From an uncultured Chloroflexia bacterium (GTDB lineage Bacteria > Chloroflexota > Anaerolineae > CG2-30-64-16): a stretch of 64,000 bases of DNA. Where the stretch lies: the NCBI GenBank assembly GCA_963810095.1, contig CAWEMM010000006.1, forward strand, positions 352,001 to 416,000. Reading direction: 5' to 3'. The translations under genes were made by a program, and so were the position numbers. Each line of letters starts with the position of its first letter. Position 1 is the stretch's first letter. A model generated the notes under the pieces. That model saw only the letters and a program-made list of their open reading frames with translations. It did no database searches and was not told the origin of the DNA. Below, piece after piece: positions 56,111 through 64,000 of the stretch.

Positions 56111-56914
56111 TCATCCAAGCGAGGTAACGAGGCGGGCCACCGAGGCGGGAGCCGTCCACAAAACGCTCCGTAGCTGAACGCAGGCCGCCCCCATCTGCCA
56201 GCACCAGTCCACATCGCTTTCCGAGGTAATGCCGCCCGCTGCCACAATTGGGAGCCCGAGCTCGAGTGCATGGACTGCCCGCAGCGCGCGCAGCGTGAAC
56301 GGGAACGCCGCGGGTCCCCCAATACGCCCTTCGACCAACTGGCCGCCCGGAGCCGGCGCAGCGGCTTGTGGCGCCGCAGCCACGACAAGTGCATCGGCGC
56401 CCGCCCCGGCCACTCCCTCGGCGAGCGGCGCGGCCTGGGCGGCCCGCAGCTTCACGAGGACGGGCAACTGGCTCCCGCGCTTGAGGTTGGCGATCCAGTT
56501 CGCGGCCTCATGGGGCGAGGCGCCGCCGGCAGTTGCGCTTCGACGCCCGCCACCCCGACATCTTCCAGCCGTTCGGCCACGCGCAGCCAATCCTCCGGTG
56601 CGGCGCCGGAGAGCGCGACGATCACGGGCAGGCCCGAGCGCATCCCAGCGCTGCACGTCGTCGCGGAACACCCGCCGCAAGCCGGGGTTGTGGTCGCCCG
56701 TGTTCAGGATGAAACCGCCCGGTATCTCGGCGAGGCGCGGGCCGGGGTTCCCGCGGCGCGCCTGGAGCGTGAGCGGCGGGGTGACGAACGCGCCGAACCA
56801 CGCCGGCTCGACGCCGGGCGGCCATGCCTCGCCCCAGCCCACCGCACCACTGCCCAGGATGAACGGTGAGGCCAGGGGCAACCCTGTTTTGCTGTTCGGC
56901 GCAAGGTCTATCAT
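56111..56914 (-). CDS. Degenerate dihydroorotate dehydrogenase (PyrD 1B)-like FMN barrel, frameshifted
   Basis: RRGNPGPRL, NPG, PVLVKL, PIVAAGGI present; catalytic NxSCPN absent. Confidence 0.7.
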   Translation of the reverse strand: MIDLAPNSKTGLPLASPFILGSGAVGWGEAWPPGVEPAWFGAFVTPPLTLQARRGNPGPRLAEIPGGFILNTGDHNPGLRRVFRDDVQRWDALGPARDRRALRRRTGGLAARGRTAGRCRGGGRRSATAGGASPHEAANWIANLKRGSQLPVLVKLRAAQAAPLAEGVAGAGADALVVAAAPQAAAPAPGGQLVEGRIGGPAAFPFTLRALRAVHALELGLPIVAAGGITSESDVDWCWQMGAACVQLRSVLWTAPASVARLVTSLG

Positions 56915-56999
56915 GCCGTTTCGTAACCACGCAGAACCGCAGAACGGCCGCGCCATGAACGAGTTCATGGGCCCCGGTTCGTTGGTGCCGGATGGTTAT

Positions 57000-57788
57000 C
57001 TACTCCCTTCCGCGTTCCACAAGGTCAACCAGGTCAAAGACGGGCCCGCGCAGGCACACCCTCCGCCGGCCTCCAGCCACATCGGCCACGCACGCCTGGC
57101 ACGCGCCCATGCCGCACAGAAAGTCACTGGGATAAATCGCCTGGGCGAAGCCAGGGGAGAGGGCATAGCGCGCCTGGCGCACCGTGTCGCCGAGCGCCAG
57201 GTATGCGTCGACGGGCAGCGCTGCGCACAGCACGTCGGCCCACGGCAGCAGGTCTGACAGCGTCGACATGAGCGGGCGCACGACGGCTGCGCGCCCGTCG
57301 CTGGTCACCAGGTGGTATTCCACCCCCGCGGGCAGCCGCGCGGCAGGCAGGGCGTCGCGCACGCTTTGTGCCCCGGCGACGAAGGTCACGGCGAGGCCCG
57401 CCGCGTCGGCCCAGGAAATCAGCGGCAGCAGGCTCCACGAATGAGGCCCTTCGCCCACGCAGAGCACGTTACGCACGCCCGGCCCGACCGAGAAGCCCAA
57501 GCCAATGGGACCAAGGCAGTCGATCTCGGCGCCCACCGGCGCGACGCGCAGCCACGCGTTGCCCCAATCCGTAGAGGGTGGGATGCGTATTGTGAACTCC
57601 TCGGCACCGAGTGCGACCGGATAGAAGGTCCGGCGGAGATAGGGCGACAGGGTCGGTCCGGGCTTCACGAGGACGGGCTGGCCGGGTGCCAGCTGCCGCG
57701 CCAGGTCGGGCGCCCGCAGCAGCAGCTCGAGGGCCGGGCCGGCGGGCCGGCGGTCGACGAGGGTGGCATTGGCCTGGATGAGTGACAT
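57000..57788 (-). CDS. PyrK-like FAD/[2Fe-2S] electron-transfer subunit
   Basis: PGQ, LRR, GPIGLGF, CGMGACQAC..VCLRGPVF. Confidence 0.8.
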   Translation of the reverse strand: MSLIQANATLVDRRPAGPALELLLRAPDLARQLAPGQPVLVKPGPTLSPYLRRTFYPVALGAEEFTIRIPPSTDWGNAWLRVAPVGAEIDCLGPIGLGFSVGPGVRNVLCVGEGPHSWSLLPLISWADAAGLAVTFVAGAQSVRDALPAARLPAGVEYHLVTSDGRAAVVRPLMSTLSDLLPWADVLCAALPVDAYLALGDTVRQARYALSPGFAQAIYPSDFLCGMGACQACVADVAGGRRRVCLRGPVFDLVDLVERGRE

Positions 57789-57881
57789 GGAGGAAGGATA
57801 CAGGAAAGGGGTGCGGGCGTCAACGCGAAACGGTGAAGCGGGTGCTTTCAGTTCGAGGGCGGAACCATCGCTTGACGCGTG

Positions 57882-57914
57882 ACGTGCCCGGCACTTGGCA
57901 AGTGCCGGGCACGT
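57882..57914. repeat. 33-nt perfect palindrome, GTGCCnGGCAC family
   Basis: ACGTGCCCGGCACTTG-G-CAAGTGCCGGGCACGT; second copy at 61485. Confidence 0.75.
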
Positions 57915-57963
57915 TGACGATGCGACTCTCATCGCGGAAAGGGCGCAGGCTGATCGACTGCGC

Positions 57964-58689
57964 TTACCGGACCACCGACACCGTCACCGAGCACGGCGGG
58001 GGATAGTTCGAAGTTTGGTCCACGACCGTCACGCGGATGGTGTAGACGCCGGGCGCCAGGATGCCGGTGTTGAGCGCTCCCAAGGTGCCCTGCCAGACGG
58101 GGAACCCGCCGCCGAAGAACCACACCCAATCGGTCGGATTCGCGCCCTTCCCATACTCCAGCTTGTAGAACTTGAAGTTCTCATGCGTGGCGTTGCCCTT
58201 CACCGTCAGCCAACCGGTCACCTGCTGGTTCTGAAGCGGCGACGTGATCACGGCCCGCGGGTCCGAGCAAACGGCCGGCACGACGACGACGGGCGGCAAG
58301 ACCTGGCACGTCGGAGGCGTACACGGCGGGGGTGGCGGGGGCGGCACCGGGCAAGGCGCGGGACCAGAGCATGGCCCGGGCAAGGGAGCCGGGACCGGCT
58401 TGGGCGGCACGGGCCTGGGTGTCCAGCAGCGGGTCGGGTAGATCACCAGCACGGTGCCCACGTAGATGCGGTCGATGTTCCGGATGTTGTTCCACTGCTG
58501 CAGTTGCCAGACGGACACCCCGTAGCGCGCCGCGATGCTTCCCAGGGTATCGCCGCGAACGACGCGATGGTAGACGACCGGACAGGCTGCAACGGCCGAA
58601 CTGCTGGCAGACGCTGCCGGCACGATAAAGGCACTGAGCAGCAGCACGACTGCCAGGCAGACGAGAAAGACGTTACGCCGCGTCTTCAT
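57964..58689 (-). CDS. Secreted LysM protein with Pro/Cys-rich linker and C-terminal Ig-like domain
   Basis: Signal peptide; YHRVVRGDTLGSIAARYGVS..N.I....IYVG. Confidence 0.88.
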   Translation of the reverse strand: MKTRRNVFLVCLAVVLLLSAFIVPAASASSSAVAACPVVYHRVVRGDTLGSIAARYGVSVWQLQQWNNIRNIDRIYVGTVLVIYPTRCWTPRPVPPKPVPAPLPGPCSGPAPCPVPPPPPPPCTPPTCQVLPPVVVVPAVCSDPRAVITSPLQNQQVTGWLTVKGNATHENFKFYKLEYGKGANPTDWVWFFGGGFPVWQGTLGALNTGILAPGVYTIRVTVVDQTSNYPPPCSVTVSVVR

Positions 58690-58936
58690 GGTGACACCCC
58701 CTTCATGGAGTCGGATTTCCGTCAAATAAATGACCTATGCGATTGTAGAACACTTTTCTCAGAAACACAAGTACCAAAACGCGGGATTGACATAGCATGC
58801 GCGGGCGAACAGCCCGGTGCGCAACACGCGTCCATGCTCTGCGTATAGGTCCAATACAAAGGGACAAGGTTTAGGGACGAGGCGCCCGAAAGGCGCCTCG
58901 CCCAAACGTGACAGGCATATTTCACGGAGCTGACTC

Positions 58937-59266
58937 ATGGACATCAACATGACGACGACTGCGAGCGAACTGTACGGGTTTCGGGTGACCCGAAACTTGG
59001 GGATCGTGCGGGGTATCACGGTGCGCTCGCGCGGATTCGCCGGGCAGTTGGCCGCGGGTTTTCGGAGCATGGTCGGGGGCAAGATCCACGAGTACGTCTC
59101 GGTCTGCGAAGAGGCACGCGAGGAGGCCTTCGATCTCATGCTCCAGCATGCGGCCGAGCGTGGCGCGAACGCGGTCCTGGCCGTGCGCTACGATGCGACC
59201 GAGATGGGCGAGGCCATGACCGAAGTGCTGGCGTACGGAACCGCGGTCGTCGTCGAGAGGGTTTAG
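58937..59266 (+). CDS. YbjQ/UPF0145 family protein
   Basis: GIVRG.TVRSR, A.ERGANAV..RYD, EVLAYGTAV. Confidence 0.92.
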   Translation: MDINMTTTASELYGFRVTRNLGIVRGITVRSRGFAGQLAAGFRSMVGGKIHEYVSVCEEAREEAFDLMLQHAAERGANAVLAVRYDATEMGEAMTEVLAYGTAVVVERV

Positions 59267-59267
59267 G

Positions 59268-60597
59268 ATGACGGGCGAGCCAGAAACAGTACGGGCGGCT
59301 GTCGAAGCGCTGTACGACCGGGACGCGCAGCGCGAGTGGGAACGCGCGGAGCGCCACCGGACGGAGTTCGCCATCACGCGGCGCGCGCTCGCGCAGCACC
59401 TGCCGCCGGCCCCCGCCCGCGTTCTGGACTGCGGCGGCGGGCCGGGCCGTTACGCGATCGAACTGGCGCGGCAGGGATACGACGTGACGCTCTTCGACCT
59501 GTCCGCGGTTAACCTGGCGTTGGCCCGGGAGAAGGCCACGGAGGCAGGCGTGGCACTGTCCTTTGTGCAAGGCACTGCGCTCGATTTGTCGCGCTTCGCG
59601 TCCGCCGACTTCGACGCGGTGCTACTGATGGGTCCGCTCTACCACCTGCTGGCGGAAGCAGGAGCGCGAGGCCGCGTTGATCGAGGCGCGGCGGGTGTTG
59701 AAGCCCGGGGGACCACTGTTCGCTGCCTTCATTACCCGTTGGGCCGCCCATCGCGACGCCGCACTCAAGTACCCGACGGAACCCCTCGTCCATCCCGAAG
59801 ATTACCGTATGATCGAAGAGAGCGGGCGGCTCGCGCCACGGGACGGCGTCCGGTTCGTGGCGTACTTCGCGCGGCCCGAAGAAGTCGAGCCGCTGGTGCG
59901 CCACGCCGGACTCGAAATCGACGAGGTGCTTGGGGTCGAGGGCGTCGTCAGCGTGCTGGAGAGTGCGGCGATCAACAAGCTCGAGGGCGAAGCTTGGGAT
60001 TGGTGGCTCGAGACGAACTGGCGGGCCGCGCACGACCCGGCCCTGCTCAGTGCGGTCGAGCACCTGCTGGTCGTGGCCTGCAATCCCGCCTGGCGCACGG
60101 TCCTCGCGGGCATTGCGGCCCGACTTAACGCCGAGAACATCCCCTACACGGTCGTAGGCGGGACATGCGCAGCACTCTACGGGATGCGCGTACGCGTGAA
60201 GGACATCGACATCCAGACGACCGCTGCCGGCGCACAGCGCTTTGGCGAGCTTTTCGCCGCCAACACCGTCACCCCCGTGACGCTCAGCGACAACGGCGCC
60301 TACCGCTCGCACTTCGGCGCGTTCAGGTTCGACGGAGGCGCGGCTACGCCGGTCGACGTGGAGATCATGGGCGACCAGGAGCGCTGGCAGGAAGGGGACT
60401 GGACGGGTACAATGGCCCTGACACAGGCCCGCGTCGACCTGGATGGGACGCCGGTGAATGTGCCCTGGCTGGAGGAGGAATGGCTGGCATACGTCCGCCG
60501 AGGCAAGCTGGAGCGGGCTGCCGGACTCCTTCCCCACTGCAACCGCGAACGGCTCCTCGCACTGCTGCGGGGAGAGGTGCCGACCCAGGTCCTCTAG
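59268..60597 (+). CDS. Class I SAM methyltransferase fused to a Pol-beta-type nucleotidyltransferase domain (one frameshift near 59660)
   Basis: VLDCGGGPGRY, MGPLYHL, RVLKPGG, then VVGG..L.G....KDIDI. Confidence 0.75.
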
Positions 60598-60651
60598 GCC
60601 GGCGCACCTGACACATGGGTGAGGCTCGTGCATGTGCAGTAAGGAGGGTGC

Positions 60652-60975
60652 ATGAACGATACAAAGAGTTCAGCCACGCCGGTCGACCAGGTTGTAACTG
60701 GCGAGCCGATCGAGGCACACGGTTACGTCGTGACGCCGGTCGCCCGCGTGCGCGGACGACTGGGGACGAGCGACACTGCGGACGGACGCGGGCGTTACGG
60801 TTGGGTGGCCATCCGCCCGGTCAAGGTCACTGCCACAGACCGCTCGGGCAACACCCAGGACGTGCGGATCGTAAACGTCGAGCAGCAGGCGCTGTCGGGT
60901 ATGGCGGCGGCCGGGATCGCCGTCGCTGCGATAACCCTGCTCATTTCGCTGCTGGCGCGCGCCCGGCGCGGGTAG
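60652..60975 (+). CDS. YtfJ/GerW-like small protein with C-terminal TM
   Basis: GEPI..VTPVARV..RP; AAGGAGG RBS. Confidence 0.55.
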   Translation: MNDTKSSATPVDQVVTGEPIEAHGYVVTPVARVRGRLGTSDTADGRGRYGWVAIRPVKVTATDRSGNTQDVRIVNVEQQALSGMAAAGIAVAAITLLISLLARARRG

Positions 60976-61004
60976 ACTGCTTTTCTCAGGACTGGAGGTA
61001 AGTC

Positions 61005-61436
61005 ATGGACGATCGCATGGCCGAATCGGCCGCAAAGGTTAATGCTCAAGTCGACGAGTTGCTGCGCCGCATGAACGCGAAGGCCGTGTTTGGCGAGCCG
61101 GTACAGCAGGGCAACGTCACGCTCATTCCCGTCGCCTCCGTGACCTACGGGTTCGGAACGGGGCAGGGCTGGGGCCGCAGCCCGAAGACGAAGGAAGGCG
61201 AAGCGGCGGCGCCGGAGGGGGAACCGAGCGAAGGCGCGGGCGCGGGTGGCGGCGGCGGTGGCCTGGTACGGCCAATCGGCTACATCAAGATCGATGAGAA
61301 CGGGGCCAAGTGGGAGCCCGCCATGAACATCACCCTGGTCAGCCTCGCGGGCATCCTGATGGTGGCGTGGAACGTGTTCTGGGTGATGCGGATGATCACG
61401 TCCGTGTCGAAGGCGAAGCAGCGCGGCTGCTGCTAG
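61005..61436 (+). CDS. YtfJ/GerW family protein
   Basis: VFGEPV..TLIPVASV.YGFG.G, GGGGG..RPIG. Confidence 0.82.
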   Translation: MDDRMAESAAKVNAQVDELLRRMNAKAVFGEPVQQGNVTLIPVASVTYGFGTGQGWGRSPKTKEGEAAAPEGEPSEGAGAGGGGGGLVRPIGYIKIDENGAKWEPAMNITLVSLAGILMVAWNVFWVMRMITSVSKAKQRGCC

Positions 61437-61484
61437 CGGATCGAGTCGCGACCATTCGCGAAGCGATAGGTCCCGGTCTATCCC

Positions 61485-61515
61485 CGTGCCTGGCACTCGC
61501 GAAGTGCCGGGCACG
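61485..61515. repeat. GTGCCnGGCAC palindrome, copy 2
   Basis: CGTGCCTGGCACT-CGCGA-AGTGCCGGGCACG. Confidence 0.7.
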
Positions 61516-61541
61516 TCGCCTCGTTCGCACCTTGTTATAGC

Positions 61542-63422
61542 CTAGACCTGCACGACGACCCCCGTTCGCGCACCGATTCCCCGCAAGGTCAGGCCCTCAT
61601 TCGCCACGCTTACCGCTGCACGGCCCCAGAGCACGGCCGGCTGCCGTGCTGTATGCGGCAGCATCAGAGTGTCAATCGCCTCCCCACGGTTGATCACCAC
61701 CAGCACCCGCCGTTCTCCCAGCACTCGCTCGAACGCGAACGCGGTTTCCCCTGCCCACAGCAACCGGTACTCGCCGAGCCGCAGCTCGGGGTGCTGGCGC
61801 CGCAGGCGCGTCAGTGTGCGCGTGAGTTCGAGCGTGCCGCGGTCCCACGTCTCGGGACGGTCCCACGGGAACGGACGACGGTTGTCCGGGTCGTCGCCGC
61901 CGCTCATCCCAATCTCATCGCCGTAATAGATGCCGGCCGCGCCGGGCATGGTGAGTTGGAACAGCGTCGCCAGGCGCAGGCGCGCCACGTCTTCGCGGGC
62001 CTCGAAGCGCAGGCGCGTCACGTCGTGGCTCGAGAAGAGGTTGTGCGTGCAGTGCGTCACCTGCGGCGCATAGAGCGCCAGGATGTGGTTGATACCCTGC
62101 AGGAACGCGTCCGTCGTCATCGTTTGCCGGGCAAAGTAGTTGACGACCAGGTCGCGGAAGAAGTAGTTCATGGTCGCATCGAACTGCGTGCCCTGCAGCC
62201 ACGGCGAGGTGTTGCCCCAGATCTCGGCCAGCAGGTAGCAGTCGGGGCGCACCTCTTTTGCCGCCCGGCGGAAATCGTCCCAGAAATCGGGCACGACATG
62301 ACGGGCCACGTCCATGCGCCAGCCGTCAATCCCGAACTCCCGCAGCCAGTAGCGCGTCACGTCGAGGAAGTAGGCGCGCGTTTCCGGGTTGCTCAGGTTG
62401 ATCTTAGGCATGTTCAGCACGCCGTACCAGGCCAGGTAAGTCGCCTCGACCAGCGGCCCATCGTCCGTCGCGTCCTCCAGCTTCACCCCGCTCACCTCGG
62501 GGAATGTCTCCAGGAAGCGCAGGTACATCCCGCGACCCTCGGCACGCGCGGCTTCGGCCAGGTGGCGGCGGTACTTCACGCGCACGGGCCACTCCTGCAC
62601 GGTGAACCAATCCTTGTAGCGTGAGGCGGGGCCGTTCTGCACGAGGTCCTGAAAGGCGAAGAAACGCGGATGACAGTGGTTGAAGGACGCGTCGAGCACG
62701 ATCTTCATGCCCCGCCGGTGCAGCCCGTCGATCAGCTCGCGCAGCGCATCGTCGCCCCCGAAAGCCGGGTCGACATGATAGAAGTCCGCGGCGTCATACT
62801 TGTGGGTGGACGGGCTGCTGAATATCGGCGTGAGGTAGAGGATGTCGACCCCGAGGTCCTGGAGATAGTCAAGCTTCTGCGTGACGCCCTCCAGATCGCC
62901 CCCCTGGAACTCGAGCCAGGCCGGCTTGGAGCCCCAAGGCACGGTACCGGGTGGGTCGTTGGCAGGCTCGCCGTTCGCAAAGCGATCCGGGAAGACCTGG
63001 TAGATCACCGCACCTTTGGCCCAATCCGGGGTCTCGAAGGGCAGCAGCGTGCTGACGTCGAGCTTGAACCGGTCCAGGATTTCGACGCTGTGGTCGATGC
63101 CGTGCTGGCACCGGTACACCGGCCGGCCGTCCTGCGTGAGGAAGGCGAAGGAGTAGGTGATGCGGTCGGAGGCGGGGCGAATCAGGGCTTCCCAGTAGGT
63201 GAAGCGGGCATCCGCGGCGAACGGCTCGAGCGGGACTGCCCGCGGCTTGCCGTCATTGAAGACCAGCACGCCCTCTTTGAACGCGGGCTCAGACCAGATG
63301 CGAAACCGGACGCGGCCGTCGGCCAGCCGGTCGCAAAACGCCCGATCGTGCGGATCGTAGCGCAGGTCGAACGGGTACAGAAAACCGGCCTCGCCGTAGT
63401 ACTTCATCTCGATGTCGTGCAT
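61542..63422 (-). CDS. GH13 neopullulanase/cyclomaltodextrinase-like glycosidase
   Basis: YQVFPDRF, DASFNH, GWRMDVA, AEIW, SSHD, YYGDE. Confidence 0.92.
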   Translation of the reverse strand: MHDIEMKYYGEAGFLYPFDLRYDPHDRAFCDRLADGRVRFRIWSEPAFKEGVLVFNDGKPRAVPLEPFAADARFTYWEALIRPASDRITYSFAFLTQDGRPVYRCQHGIDHSVEILDRFKLDVSTLLPFETPDWAKGAVIYQVFPDRFANGEPANDPPGTVPWGSKPAWLEFQGGDLEGVTQKLDYLQDLGVDILYLTPIFSSPSTHKYDAADFYHVDPAFGGDDALRELIDGLHRRGMKIVLDASFNHCHPRFFAFQDLVQNGPASRYKDWFTVQEWPVRVKYRRHLAEAARAEGRGMYLRFLETFPEVSGVKLEDATDDGPLVEATYLAWYGVLNMPKINLSNPETRAYFLDVTRYWLREFGIDGWRMDVARHVVPDFWDDFRRAAKEVRPDCYLLAEIWGNTSPWLQGTQFDATMNYFFRDLVVNYFARQTMTTDAFLQGINHILALYAPQVTHCTHNLFSSHDVTRLRFEAREDVARLRLATLFQLTMPGAAGIYYGDEIGMSGGDDPDNRRPFPWDRPETWDRGTLELTRTLTRLRRQHPELRLGEYRLLWAGETAFAFERVLGERRVLVVINRGEAIDTLMLPHTARQPAVLWGRAAVSVANEGLTLRGIGARTGVVVQV

Positions 63423-63452
63423 CCCAACGACTCCTTCAACACAGCGATCTCA

Positions 63453-63523
63453 TCACAAAGGCTCGAAGACACCTAGGCGCACCGAGCCCTCCGTGCAGCC
63501 TGGAGACTTAGTGGCTTCGTGGC
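63453..63523. repeat. CACAAAG-type periodic palindromic repeat, degenerate copy 5
   Basis: CACAAAGGCTCGAAGACACCTAG..CTTAGTGGCTTCGTG. Confidence 0.5.
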
Positions 63524-64000
63524 TCACGAGACCTGCCCGGCAGCATGGCCACGAGCGGCAGGCCCAGCACGGGCAGCAGCGCGCTCACACTGAACGCAAT
63601 GCGCAAGCTGAACGCATCGGCCAGCAGCCCCAAGGCAAGGGTGGCGGTTGCGTTCGTCAGGAACACCAGGCCCAGGTACAGACCGTTCGCCATGGCGCGG
63701 CTCTCGGGAAAGCGCTCTGAGATCAGCGCCATCATGACCGGCATGATGGACAGGGAAAAGAAGCCGAGCGCCACGAGCAGCGGGAGCCGGCCCGCGCCCG
63801 GCACGAGCATGAACGCGACCATCAGCGGCGTGGCCGCAGCCATCGCAACCATCAGCACCTTGCGCCGGCCGATGCGGTCGCTCAAGCTGCCCGCGGTCAG
63901 CGAACCCACCATGCCTGCAGCCTCGAAGATGGCGAGGGCCGCGCCCGCAAACCAGAGCGTGTTGCCTTCACTCTTCAAAAAGACCGGCAAATAGGTGCTG
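63508..64000 (-). CDS. MFS transporter (3' part)
   Basis: GSLSDRIGRRK motif, hydrophobic helices. Confidence 0.88.
   Translation of the reverse strand, partial: STYLPVFLKSEGNTLWFAGAALAIFEAAGMVGSLTAGSLSDRIGRRKVLMVAMAAATPLMVAFMLVPGAGRLPLLVALGFFSLSIMPVMMALISERFPESRAMANGLYLGLVFLTNATATLALGLLADAFSLRIAFSVSALLPVLGLPLVAMLPGRSREPRSH

Noticed and set aside
58747-58759. AGAACACTTTTCT as a LexA box
   Set aside because: Does not fit GAAC-N4-GTTC
58732-58896. Hairpins upstream of the LysM gene as a c-di-GMP or c-di-AMP riboswitch
   Set aside because: A GAAA-containing hairpin and a 10-bp long-range complement exist, but the consensus motifs of those riboswitches are not present

Overview
High-GC bacterial chromosomal segment, most consistent with Chloroflexota (Anaerolineae/Caldilineae-like). 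That assignment is inferred from gene content: archaeal-type mevalonate genes, a T-box, CIRCE/hrcA and a C-terminal LPxIxR motif. Many genes, including trpS and ppdK, are broken by small frameshifts, probably long-read indel errors, so split ORFs are merged below. Left to right: S8 protease + patatin pair, GH13_18 phosphorylase, AAC(2')-like GNAT, ppdK, ExeM/NucH nuclease, kamA + Ddl-like ligase behind a structured leader, T-box-trpS run, galT, a degenerate three-gene Mrp/Nuo-like membrane module, HMGR-HMGS-thiolase-DUF35, ROK kinase, DUF2089 operon, CIRCE-hrcA-grpE-dnaK, secreted repeat proteins, wcaJ/GT2, rsmD, menA, a degenerate PyrK/PyrD pair, LysM protein, methyltransferase-nucleotidyltransferase fusion, YtfJ-like pair, GH13 and MFS. 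I saw no rRNA, tRNA, CRISPR array or transposase. Best candidates for undescribed biology: the multibranch RNA upstream of kamA-ddl, the antiporter-like module with altered charged residues, the S8-patatin module, the non-canonical PyrD/PyrK pair, the MTase-NTase fusion, and several families of intergenic palindromic repeats.
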